DNA from: Chloroflexota bacterium
GTDB lineage: Bacteria; Chloroflexota; UBA11872; VXOZ01
Direction of reading: 5' to 3'
Length of the DNA: 64,000 nucleotides
Assembly (NCBI GenBank): GCA_963662335.2
Contig: CAXXVD010000005.1
Location: 224,001 to 288,000, forward strand
Part shown: in pieces, positions 36,819 through 48,592 of the stretch
How positions within the stretch are numbered: position 1 is the stretch's first letter
Layout: the number at the start of each line of letters is the position of its first letter
Made by a program: the position numbers and the translations under genes
Notes under the pieces: generated by a model
Told to the model about the DNA's origin: nothing
Database searches by the model: none
What the model saw: the letters and a program-made list of their open reading frames with translations, nothing else

Positions 36819-38138
36819 GTGGCATCGACAAGAAGGTCATTGGCATCACATTCCAGCGTGCGCGTCGCCGGCCGGATGTTCGAGTCGCTGCGGGTTCCCG
36901 CCTTCCGCGACTTGTGGATCGGCATGCTCGCCTCGTACATCGGCATGTACATGGGGATGGTCGCGCGGGGGTACCTGGCCTACGAGATTACCGGCTCCGC
37001 CACGGTGCTGGGCATCGTCACGGTGGCGTCGGGCATCCCCATGCTGCTGCTGTCGCCGGTGGGCGGTGTGCTGGCGGACATCATGAACCGCCGCCGCATC
37101 CTCATCGACAGCCAGATCTTCATGGTGGTTTCATCCCTGCTCATTGCCGTCCTCATCCACTTGGATCTGATTGCGATTTGGCACCTGGCCTTCTTTGGGT
37201 TCGCGCAAGGCGTGCTCTTCACCATCAACATGCCCGCCCGCTCCTCGTCGCTGCCGCACCTGGTGGGCCGGCCGCTGCTTGCCAGCGCGATCGGCCTTAC
37301 CAATTCGGGCCGCAACCTCATGTCGGTGGTGGCGCCGGCGCTTGCCGGGGGCGTCATCGCGATGCCGTGGCTGGGCACCGCCGGCGCCTTCGACATTGCC
37401 GCGCTCTTCTACGTGGTCGCGACACTGCTCATGCTGCGCCTGCCCAGGAGCCTGGCGCACCGCAGCACGCCGGCGCAGACCGCGTTCGGCCAGCAGATGA
37501 TCGACGGCTTTGTCTACATCTTGTCGCGCCGTCCAATGCTCGCTCTGCTCGTGCTTGGGCTCATTCCCATCCTCTTCGGGATGCACCTGCAATCCTTCAT
37601 GCCGGTCTTCCAGGCGGACGTGCTTGGCGTGGGTTCGGTGGAATTGGGACTGCTGCTTTCGGCGATTGGCGTTGGCGGCACGCTGGGCTCGCTGGTCATT
37701 GCGCCATTGGCGGAAAGCAAGCACAGCCACGCCTGGCAGCTTGCCGCCGGCGTCTTCTTTGGCCTCACCCTCATGGCGTTCGCCACCAGCACGTCGTTCA
37801 CCCTTAGTCTGATATTCGTGGGATTGGTCGGCTTTGCCGGCAACGCCTCCACGGGCTTCAACAGCGCGCTGCTGATGCTGCGCACCGAAGAAGCCTACTA
37901 TGGGCGCGTGATGAGCATCTACATGATGAACTGGTCGTTGATGACGCTCTTCACGTGGCCGCTCGGCATCCTCATCGACCACTGGGGCGCGCCGCTCGTG
38001 GTCAGCGCCTCCGCCATGGGCATCGTGTTCTTCATGGGCATCGCCTACCTGGTCTTTCGCGAGCCCAGCGCCGGCCGCAGCCACAGCGGCGACGTGGGCG
38101 TCGAAACCAGCGCCGCAGTGGCCGAAGAGAGCGCCTGA
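36819..38138 (+). CDS. MFS transporter
   Basis: Many hydrophobic segments; GGVLADIMNRRRIL, YGRVMS. Confidence 0.92.
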   Translation: MASTRRSLASHSSVRVAGRMFESLRVPAFRDLWIGMLASYIGMYMGMVARGYLAYEITGSATVLGIVTVASGIPMLLLSPVGGVLADIMNRRRILIDSQIFMVVSSLLIAVLIHLDLIAIWHLAFFGFAQGVLFTINMPARSSSLPHLVGRPLLASAIGLTNSGRNLMSVVAPALAGGVIAMPWLGTAGAFDIAALFYVVATLLMLRLPRSLAHRSTPAQTAFGQQMIDGFVYILSRRPMLALLVLGLIPILFGMHLQSFMPVFQADVLGVGSVELGLLLSAIGVGGTLGSLVIAPLAESKHSHAWQLAAGVFFGLTLMAFATSTSFTLSLIFVGLVGFAGNASTGFNSALLMLRTEEAYYGRVMSIYMMNWSLMTLFTWPLGILIDHWGAPLVVSASAMGIVFFMGIAYLVFREPSAGRSHSGDVGVETSAAVAEESA

Positions 38139-38188
38139 GCGGAGCCGCAGGCACGCCGCCGCGCAAGTGAGGAGGCCGAGAACGGAAC

Positions 38189-38950
38189 ATGGCAGCCACG
38201 CGGGACGAAATCGTCGCCTTTCTCGACGCGTACCTCGACGTGCACGCAATACGCGACTACGGCCCCATGGGGATGCAGGTAGTCGGCAAGGAGCAGGTGG
38301 AGCGCGTCGCCGTGGCGGAGAGCGCCTCCCACGCCTGCTTTGCGCAGGCGGCGGCGCACGGAGCCGACATGCTCATCGTCCACCACGGCCTCCTCTGGGA
38401 CAACGAGAGCCGCGTTGTTGGCTCTGTGATGCGGGGCCGCCTCGAAACCCTGTTTCACCATGACATGAGCCTCTTGGGCTACCACCTTTGCCTCGACAAA
38501 CACGCGGAGATCGGCAACAACGTGCTCGCTCTCCGTGCTCTGGGCGCTACGCCAATTGAAGTGGAGGCGCCGCTCGGAGCGGTGGGATACGTAGGGGATT
38601 TCACTGAACCACTGCCATGGAAGGAACTGACGGAAAGAGTGCGAAACGCCTTTGGCGGCGAACCGTACTTCTTTCCCTCAGGGCCGGCGGAGACGTCTCG
38701 CTTGGGCTTGATAACCGGCGGCGCGGGCGCGCCCGCCTACGTCACGGAAGCCGCGGCGCGCGGCTGCGAGACCTACCTCACCGGCAACCTCAGCGAACCC
38801 GCGCCCGCGGTCGCCGCGGAACTCTCGCTGAATCTCATCGGCGCTGGCCACTACAACACGGAAAAGCTCGGCGTCCAGGCCGTCGGCCGCCTCCTGGAAG
38901 AGCGGTTCGGCGTCAGCGCGGTTTTCATCGACGTGCCCAATCCGCTGTAG
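38189..38950 (+). CDS. Nif3-like dinuclear metal centre protein
   Basis: GMQV, VHHGL, YHLCLD, AGHYNTEK, FIDVPNP. Confidence 0.93.
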   Translation: MAATRDEIVAFLDAYLDVHAIRDYGPMGMQVVGKEQVERVAVAESASHACFAQAAAHGADMLIVHHGLLWDNESRVVGSVMRGRLETLFHHDMSLLGYHLCLDKHAEIGNNVLALRALGATPIEVEAPLGAVGYVGDFTEPLPWKELTERVRNAFGGEPYFFPSGPAETSRLGLITGGAGAPAYVTEAAARGCETYLTGNLSEPAPAVAAELSLNLIGAGHYNTEKLGVQAVGRLLEERFGVSAVFIDVPNPL

Positions 38951-39033
38951 GCGATCTCGGATTGCCGGCATGATGCTGGATTCACCCCTGAAAGGGGGGG
39001 TCGCACAACCGCGCCACTCACCGTTGCCGCGGA

Positions 39034-40125
39034 TCACGCGCTAGCGTCGAGCAGGCGCGCCACCGCCGCCGCCGCCGCGCGCACCTCGCGCTCATCGGTG
39101 ACGTCGCCCTTACTTGAATTGAAGCGCACGACCGCGCTCTCCACGCCGTACGGCCCGTACCGTTCCGGCGGGGTAGGCCCGAAGAGCGCGACCACCGGCG
39201 TGCCCACGGCGGCGGCAAGGTGCATGGGCGCGGAGTCGTTGCCGATGAACAGGTGGCAGCGTTGGATTAGCGCCCCTAGTTGGCCGAAAGAGAGCGCGCC
39301 GGCCAGGTCCACGCAGGCCGCCGGCGCGCCGCTTTGAACCGCGCCGGTGATAGACGCCTCGTCCGCCCCGCCGACAAGCAGGATCCGCGCGCCGTGCGCC
39401 CGTGCGATGCGAGCCGCCAGCGCCGCAAAACTGCCGCTGGGCCAGCGCTTGCCGACGTGCGCCTGGCCCGGATTCGTGCCGCCGCCGGGATGCAGCGCGA
39501 TCAAGGGGAAGGCCGGGGTCACGTCCCGCTCCGCCAGCAGGCGTTTCACCGCCGCGCCGTCTTCGGCCCGCAGCCGGTAGTGCAGGCGCGGCCGTTCGAC
39601 GCCAAATCCCGCCGCCCGCAGCACGTCCAGGTATATCTCCGCCTCATGGCGCTCGTCGGGACAGGGCACGCCCACGTGCAACGCTATGCCGCGCCCGGCG
39701 CTATTCAGGCCCGCGCGCCAGGGAATACCGGCCAAACGCGGCAACACCGCCATCAGCGGCGAGCGATCGAGCACGAAACAGTGGGTAAACTCCTCTTGCC
39801 GCACGCGCGCAACGCACGCGCGGTACGCGCGCAGGCCGTAGCGTCCGGGAAAGCCGACGCTGCCGGCATCCAGCAGCCGGTCGCAGTGGGGATTGCCCGC
39901 CAGCGCCGCCTTGGCCCAGGTCGTCACGAGAACGGTAACGTCGGCCTGGGGCAGGTTGGCGCGCAGCGCAGCCAGGAAAGCCGTGCTCATCAGCACGTCG
40001 CCCAGACTCGCGGGCTTGATGACGAGCACGTTTGCCGACGCGGACGCAACCGGCGGCGCGGCCGGCCGGGTGCGCAGGAGCGCGTGCAAGAGGCGGGAAG
40101 CATGTTCGATCAAGCGCGTTTTCAC
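39034..40125 (-). CDS. Glycosyltransferase family 9 (heptosyltransferase-like)
   Basis: SLGDVL, LHPGG, KRWP, GNDSAPMHLAAA, LFGPT; start approximate. Confidence 0.9.
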   Translation of the reverse strand: MKTRLIEHASRLLHALLRTRPAAPPVASASANVLVIKPASLGDVLMSTAFLAALRANLPQADVTVLVTTWAKAALAGNPHCDRLLDAGSVGFPGRYGLRAYRACVARVRQEEFTHCFVLDRSPLMAVLPRLAGIPWRAGLNSAGRGIALHVGVPCPDERHEAEIYLDVLRAAGFGVERPRLHYRLRAEDGAAVKRLLAERDVTPAFPLIALHPGGGTNPGQAHVGKRWPSGSFAALAARIARAHGARILLVGGADEASITGAVQSGAPAACVDLAGALSFGQLGALIQRCHLFIGNDSAPMHLAAAVGTPVVALFGPTPPERYGPYGVESAVVRFNSSKGDVTDEREVRAAAAAVARLLDASA

Positions 40126-40257
40126 GAGAAACTGCTTCCTGGTCACAAGACGACGTGCGGGTTGCGCGAGGCGGTATCGCGTTAATTCTAAACGGCAACC
40201 GTCCGCAGCGTCCATGAAACGCGCCGCGGTTGCGCCGTCCCGCGCCAAGCCTATAGC

Positions 40258-41562
40258 ATGACCAGTATGCAATCTACCGAGCGCCCCCAAGACTGGCAGA
40301 CGACGGTCCGCATTCTCTGGGTCACACAGTTTGCCACCATGGTGGCGTTTAGCTGTAGCCTCCCGTTCGTGCCCCTCTACATCCTCGAACTTGGCATTCC
40401 CGATCCCCGCCGCGCGGCCCTCTGGGCCGGCTTCGTCGCCGGCGGCTCCGGCATCAGCATGGCGCTCTTTGCCCCCGTTTGGGGCGCGCTGGCCGACCGC
40501 TTCAGCCGCAAGCTCATGTTGCAGCGCGCGCTCCTGGGCGCAACTTTCACGCTGCTACTCATGGGTTTTGCGCAGTCTGCCGCGCACTTGCTGCTCTTGC
40601 GCGTCATCCAGGGCTCGCTCACCGGCACGACCACGGCCGTCAATACGCTCGTCGCCTCCATTACGCCCCGCGAACATCTGGGCCGCGTGCTGGGCGCGAT
40701 GCAGATGTCCATCTTTGCCGGCTCGACCATCGGCCCGTTCTTTGGCGGCGTGCTTGCCGACACTGTCGGCTTTCGCGCGGCATTCATCATCACGAGCGCC
40801 GTCTGCCTGAGCACGAGTGCCGCAGTCTTGACTCTCGTCCACGAACCGAAACACGGGAGTCACCCCCTGCCGTCTCTCCGCCTGCCACGCCTGCGGCTGC
40901 CGCGCCAACTGCGACTGCCGCGCCTTGCAGGCCGGCCGTCGGACGAGAACGCGCTCAACACGGTCCTCATGCTCGCGCCGGTGATCTTCATGGCGCAATT
41001 CGCGCTCATGGCGGCCAGGCCCATCTTTCCGCTCTTCGTCGCCGAACTGGCCGCGACGGACTCCATGCTGACGCTCGCCGGTGTCTCTCCCCAAGACTTC
41101 GTGGCGACCATTGCCGGGCTGCTCGTCGCCACCACCGGCGTGGTGGCGACTCTTTGCTCACCGATTACGGGCCGCTTCATCGAATCTTCCCGCGTCCGTC
41201 TGCTCCTGCTGGCCGCGGTTGTCGGCAGCGCGCTTGTTAACGTCGGCCATGCCGTTGTTGCTTCTCTCTTGCAGCTTTGGCTCGCGCGCGTCGTCATGGG
41301 CGCGTGCAACGGCGTCTGGGCGCCGACCTACAGCGCGACCGTAGGCTTGAGCGTGCCGGCCGAGCGCCGGGGCCTGGCGTTTGGCATCGCGAACAGCGCC
41401 TCCTCTTTGGGCAATGCCCTGGGGCCGGTCGTAGGCGGTTACGTTGGCGCCATGCTTGGCATGCGCGCGGTTTTCGTGGCCGCGGCCGGAGCGCTCCTGC
41501 TGGCGGCCCTCTGGCTCGCGTGGCGGGTCAACCCTCCCGCGCCGGTGGATCCGGAAGGCTAA
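40258..41562 (+). CDS. MFS transporter (MdtG/DHA1-like)
   Basis: WGALADRFSRK, LLRVIQG, GSTIGPFFGG. Confidence 0.9.
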   Translation: MTSMQSTERPQDWQTTVRILWVTQFATMVAFSCSLPFVPLYILELGIPDPRRAALWAGFVAGGSGISMALFAPVWGALADRFSRKLMLQRALLGATFTLLLMGFAQSAAHLLLLRVIQGSLTGTTTAVNTLVASITPREHLGRVLGAMQMSIFAGSTIGPFFGGVLADTVGFRAAFIITSAVCLSTSAAVLTLVHEPKHGSHPLPSLRLPRLRLPRQLRLPRLAGRPSDENALNTVLMLAPVIFMAQFALMAARPIFPLFVAELAATDSMLTLAGVSPQDFVATIAGLLVATTGVVATLCSPITGRFIESSRVRLLLLAAVVGSALVNVGHAVVASLLQLWLARVVMGACNGVWAPTYSATVGLSVPAERRGLAFGIANSASSLGNALGPVVGGYVGAMLGMRAVFVAAAGALLLAALWLAWRVNPPAPVDPEG

Positions 41563-41645
41563 CCAACGAACACTGGCGCGAGCCGCTTCCCCTTTCAACG
41601 AGATCAGCGGCAGGCTTGACGCTTCTCAGGGATGCGGGTAGGCGT

Positions 41646-42263
41646 CTACCGCTCGAGGTTTCGCATTCGCGCTCTGGCGCGGGCCTGGGCCAGTTCTTGC
41701 GGCGTGTTGATGTTGCTGAAGGAGGCCAATTCAGGATCAAACCGGCGCACCTCATCCGCAGTGACGCGCCGCACGCGGAGCCGTTGCATGAGCCGGCCCA
41801 GCTTGAGGTCGCCGGAGCGCAACATCTCCGCGGCCGCCGGCAGGCAGCGCTTGTGGTAGACCGTGTGCAGGGTCTCCGGCTCCTGCCGCACAACCGGCGC
41901 CACGGCGTCCCACTCGTCGGTCGCGCGTGCGGCGAGCGCGCTGAGCAACGCGCCGTTCAGAAACGGCATGTCGCAGGCAACCGCCAGCGCCAGGGGCGTC
42001 GCCGCCGCCTGCAGGCCGCTCACCAGTCCGGTAAGGCTGGACTTCACCGGCGACACATCGGGAACCACGGTGAAGCCGGTCAGATCCGCGCGGTTTCCCA
42101 CCACCAAAGTTTCGTCGCACACCGACGCCACCACCGCGTGGACGTGCCCCAACAGCGTCTCCGCACTCTCTTCGCGCGGCCACGGCAGAAGCGCTTTGTC
42201 CCTTCCCAGCCGGTTGCTCTTGCCGCCGGCCAGGATGATTCCGGTTACGCCAACCTCTGCCAC
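41646..42263 (-). CDS. mobA: Molybdenum cofactor guanylyltransferase
   Basis: ILAGGKSNRLGRDKA, ACDMPF, NINTP; GTG start at 42263. Confidence 0.92.
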   Translation of the reverse strand: MAEVGVTGIILAGGKSNRLGRDKALLPWPREESAETLLGHVHAVVASVCDETLVVGNRADLTGFTVVPDVSPVKSSLTGLVSGLQAAATPLALAVACDMPFLNGALLSALAARATDEWDAVAPVVRQEPETLHTVYHKRCLPAAAEMLRSGDLKLGRLMQRLRVRRVTADEVRRFDPELASFSNINTPQELAQARARARMRNLER

Positions 42264-42460
42264 GGCGGCCCCTCTTTGTGCGCCGGTCAATGCGCAAATT
42301 CGCGACCTTCTCTTGCCCGCCGCCCATAGTATCACCGCCCGCTGTGACGCGGATAGCCGGCGGGCACTCTTGAACCGTACAAACTGCGTTACCGTCACTC
42401 ATTCCTGTTATACTAATTGTGCCAATCGGAGTAGCATCACGCCGGAAGAGGCCGGAAGCC

Positions 42461-44374
42461 ATGGGCAAACGCAACGCGGTGCGACTAACGGAACCGCTGG
42501 TGCGGAAGAACGGGGAACTCCGTCCCGCCTCCTGGGATGAGGCGTTGGCGCGCGTGGCCGCGGGCGTGGGCGGCGCGGTAGCGCAACGCGGGCCGCGCAC
42601 GTTCGGGCTCTTCAGTTGCTCCAAAGCGACCAACGAGGTCAACTATCTCGCCCAGAAGTTCACGCGCGCCGTCATCGGCACCAACAACATCGATAGCTGC
42701 AACCGCACCTGACACGCGCCCAGCGTCGCCGGTCTGGCGACCGTGTTCGGACTGGGAGGCGGCACGAGTTCGTACCGCGAGATCGAAGAAACCGGCGTCA
42801 TCCTGCTTTGGGGTTCCAACGCGCGCGATACGCATCCCATCTTCTTTCACCACGTCCTCAAAGGCGTGCACAACGGCGCGCGGCTCTACGTAGTCGATCC
42901 GCGCCGCACGAGTTCCGCCCAATGGGCCGACGCCTGGCTGGGCGTGGACGTGGGCGCGGACATTGCCCTGGCCAACGCCATGGCGCGCGAGATCATCCAC
43001 GCCGGTTTGGCTCACGACGAGTTCATCAGCCACGCCACCGCCGGCTTTGCGGAATACCGCGCCTCGGTTGAACCGTACACGCTGGCTCGCGCCGAGGAAG
43101 TCACGGGCGTGCCGGCGGAGACGATCCGCGAAACCGCCCACGCCTACGCCGCGGCGGAACGCGCTCAGATTTGCTGGACGCTGGGCATCACCGAGCACCA
43201 CAACGCCGTTGACAATGTACTCGCGCTCATCAACCTCGCGCTGCTCACCGGGCACGTGGGCCGCTACGGTTCCGGGCTCAATCCTCTGCGCGGCCAGAAC
43301 AACGTGCAGGGCAGCGGCGACATGGGCGCGCTGCCGGACCGGCTGCCCGGCTTCCAGCACGTGGAGAACGCGCCCCTGCGGGAGAAGTTCGAGCGCGCCT
43401 GGGACACGCCCCTGCCGGCCAAGAAGGGCTGGAACCTGACCGAGATGTTCGACGCTATGGAGCGGGGCGAACTGACCGCCCTCTACGTGCTGGGCGAGAA
43501 CCCGGCCCAATCGGAGGCCGACCAGCACCGCGCGCAGAAACTGCTGCGGGGCCTGGACGTGCTCGTGGTGCAGGACGTCCTCATGAACGCGACGGCGAAA
43601 CTGGCCGACGTGGTGCTGCCCGCCGCCGCAAGCTGGTGCGAGTCCGAGGGCACGGCCACCAACAGCGAGCGGCGCGTGCAGCGGGTGCGCCGGGCCATGA
43701 CTCCCCCGCCGGGCGTGAAAGACGATCTTACGATCCTGTGCGACGTGGCGCGCAGTTTGGGCGGCGACGTGGGCAATCCGGTTGCCGAAGAGCTTTGGAA
43801 TGAGCTACGCGGCCTCAGCCCCTTCCACGCCGGCATGAGCTATGAACGCCTGGAGCGCGAGGACGGCCTGCAGTGGCCCTGCTACGACGAGACGCACCCG
43901 GGCGAGATGTATCTGCACGGCCGCCTGTGGCAACGGCCCGTGCTGGGGCCGCGCGCGCCGTTTTCGCCGGTAGAGTTCTCGCCGCCCGTGGAGCGGCTGG
44001 ACGACGAGTTCCCCATCCGCTTGACCACCGGCCGCCGCCTGGACTCGTTCAACACCGGCGTGCAGACCGCCGGCTACACCTCGCCGCTGCGCCGGAGCGA
44101 AACGATCGACCTTTCACCGGAAGACGGTGAAGGACTCGGTGTTGCCGAAGGCGAGACTGTGCGCGTCTGCTCGCGCCGGGGGGCGGTGCGCGCGCCGGTG
44201 CGCTTCGATCCCTCCCTGCGTCCCGGCCTGGCGTTCATGACGCCGCACTTCCCCAACGAGGTCGCCACCAACGAGTTGACCATCGACGCCACCGATCCAA
44301 AGTCCGGCACCGCCGAGTTCAAGGCCACGGCCATCCGCGTGGAAAAGCTCGCGGCGGCGGTCGGTTCGGACTAG
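42461..44374 (+). CDS. Selenocysteine-containing formate dehydrogenase catalytic subunit (lacks the N-terminal 4Fe-4S domain)
   Basis: The two track ORFs are one frame joined by TGA 42710-42712 in NNIDSCNRT-U-HAPSVAGL; LRGQNNVQG, TNSERRVQ, LTTGR. Confidence 0.92.
42712..42746 (+). promoter_or_regulatory. Bacterial SECIS-like hairpin
   Basis: GTCGCC/GGCGAC stem (42725-42741) with GGTCT loop; lower stem ACACG/CGTGT; directly 3' of the UGA. Confidence 0.8.
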
Positions 44375-44409
44375 CGCGTTTTTCTCCGAGACCCCAGTAG
44401 GAAACCGCA

Positions 44410-46283
<1,874 letters not shown>

Positions 46284-46284
<1 letters not shown>

Positions 46285-47291
46285 TGCCTTCGGATTCCAC
46301 TGAGGCGGCCCTGACGCCGACCTGGCAGTTTCTCAATCCGGTGCCGCGCGGGCCGCTGCCCACGGCTCCCAGGGCGGAACCGCAGCCTGAGGTCGAGGTG
46401 ACCATCGACGGCCGGCGCGCGTCGGTGGCCGCCGGTTCCACCCTGCTGCAAGCGGCCGAGAGCATTGGCGTGGAGACCCCCACCCTCTGCTATCTGGAGA
46501 ACCTGACGCCGGTAAACGTCTGCCGTGTCTGCGTGGTTGAACTCGAAGGCTCGCGTACGCTCGTGCCCGCGTGCTCGCGCAAAGTGGAGCCGGGCATGAA
46601 CGTGCAGACCGATTCGCCGCGCGTGCGCCTGAGCCGCCGCCTGGTGCTGGAGTTTCTCGCCTCGTCGGTTGACGTATCGACCGCGCCGGAGTTGCAGCAG
46701 TACATGGCGGAGTACGAGGCGCAACCGGAGCGGTATGGCCCCGCGGCGCCGCCTGCCATTGCCCATGACCGCGACGCTGCCGCGCCCGGCCACCACGCCG
46801 CGCCCGCGCTCGACGCGGCCGAGACGGTCGCGCAGCCGGTGAAGATCGACAACGAACTCTACATCCGCGACTACGCCAAGTGCATCCTCTGCTACAAGTG
46901 CGTGGAAGCCTGCGGCGAGGATGCCCAGAACACGTTTGCCATCGCGGTGGCCGGCCGGGGCTTCGACGCGCGCATCGCCACGGAATTCGCCGTGCCCCTG
47001 CCGGACTCGGCCTGTGTCTACTGCGGCAACTGCATCGGCGTCTGCCCCACGGGCGCGCTGATGTTCCACAGCGAGTACGAGATGCGCCAGGCCGGGACTT
47101 GGGACGAGGACGCCCAGAGCGAGACCGACACCATTTGCTCCTACTGCGGCGTGGGCTGCACCCTGAGCCTGCACATCCAGGACAACGAGATTGTGAAAGT
47201 CACCTCGCCGCTGGATAGCGACGTCACCGAGGGGCATCTCTGCATCAAGGGGCGGTTCGGCTGGCAGTTCATGCAGCAGCCCAAGAAGTAG
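46284..47291 (+). CDS. Fe-S subunit: 2Fe-2S, 2x4Fe-4S and molybdopterin-oxidoreductase 4Fe-4S domain
   Basis: PTLC..CRVC..C; CILCYKCVEAC; CVYCGNCIGVCP; TICSYCGVGC...LCIKGRFG. Confidence 0.92.
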
Positions 47292-47335
47292 GCGCGGATT
47301 GCCCTCTATCCCGCTGCCGACAGGGCTATGTGAAT

Positions 47336-47441
47336 GTCATTCCGAGCGCAGCGAGGAATCTAAAGATGCTGGTCTTGCAAGGCTGCGCTTTAGATTCCGC
47401 GAACAGGGTTCGACACTCCGCTGCGCTCCGTTCGGAATGAC
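47336..47441. repeat. REP doublet of the GTCATTCCGA family
   Basis: gtcattccgagcgcagcgaggaatc...ctccgctgcgctccgttcggaatgac between convergent genes. Confidence 0.7.
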
Positions 47442-47566
47442 ACGTCACGCCGGCAATAGTATGCACACCCGTGTCAACTCTCCCTGGAGAGAGGGACGGG
47501 GTGAGGGGATTCCTCTTGAGGTCCGCTCCACGACCGCCGGCGACGCGCGGTGCGGCCAAGCCTATC

Positions 47567-48400
47567 TCAGGTGACGATGCGCTCGGGGCTGGTGTACACG
47601 TTCATCGAGGTCTCGCGCAGGAAGCCCACCAGCGTCATGCCCGTTGCCGCCGCCAGTTCCACCGCCAGGCTGGAAGGCGCGCCGACCGCGGCCACCAGCG
47701 GCACGCGCGCCAGCAGGCACTTCTGCACGATCTCGAAACCCGCGCGCCCGCTGACGAGCACGACGTAGTCGTCCAGCGGCAGCATCTTGCGAAAAAGGGC
47801 GGCCCCAATCATCTTGTCCACCGCGTTGTGGCGGCCCACGTCTTCCCGCAACAGCATGAGTTCGCCGGCGGCATCGAAGAGCCCGGCGGCGTGCAAGGCC
47901 CCGGTGCGGTCGAACGTGTCCTGCGCCGCGCGCAAGGTTTCCGGCAAGCGATAGATCGTCGCCGCGTCGACCCGCAGTTCGCTGCGCAGCGGTTCCGCCG
48001 CCTGCCGCACGGCGTCGATGCTGGCTTTGCCGCAAATGCCGCAACTCGACGATGCCGGGAAGTTGCGCTGCCAGCCCTGCTGCAAGAGGTCCAGATCGCC
48101 GTTGACGTAGGCCAGGATGATGTTGTCGCGCTCTTCCTCAGTCTTGCCGGGGCAATGGCCTATCGAGACCAGGTCCGACGGCGCGGAAATGAGCCGCTCC
48201 GTCCACAAGAAGCCGGCCGCCAGTTCCTCATCGTGGCCGGGCGTGCGCATGGTGACCGCGACGCTCTGCCCGTTCACGCGGATTTCCAGCGGCTCCTCCC
48301 GTGCCAGCACGTCCGGACTGCTCACCACGCCGTGCGCGGAGTGTCTTTCTACCCGCCACTCGGTGGTAGGCGCTGGCCGCTCGAGGTTTGTCTGTGCCAC
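47567..48400 (-). CDS. fdhD: Formate dehydrogenase accessory sulfurtransferase
   Basis: EEPLEI, TMRTPG, SSCGICG, TGALHAA, EDVGRHNAVDK, GFLR. Confidence 0.96.
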   Translation of the reverse strand: MAQTNLERPAPTTEWRVERHSAHGVVSSPDVLAREEPLEIRVNGQSVAVTMRTPGHDEELAAGFLWTERLISAPSDLVSIGHCPGKTEEERDNIILAYVNGDLDLLQQGWQRNFPASSSCGICGKASIDAVRQAAEPLRSELRVDAATIYRLPETLRAAQDTFDRTGALHAAGLFDAAGELMLLREDVGRHNAVDKMIGAALFRKMLPLDDYVVLVSGRAGFEIVQKCLLARVPLVAAVGAPSSLAVELAAATGMTLVGFLRETSMNVYTSPERIVT

Positions 48401-48592
48401 TTGCGGTCTCCTGTTCCGGCGCACAGCTACGCCAGTTCCTGAAATCACCCACTCTTGCGTGTTCAACCGGCACGTTTTCCCTATACACTACCCCATGTAA
48501 GACAAGCCCGCTAGCCAAAGTGTGGTATTGTGCGTGCTAGCGGCAACGCGGCGATTCGATTAGCCGCTGCAACGCGCCGGTGAGAGAGAACT

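Noticed and set aside
42419-42712. Truncated FDH fragment or pseudogene
   Set aside because: The stop is an in-frame UGA at the Sec position with a SECIS-like hairpin
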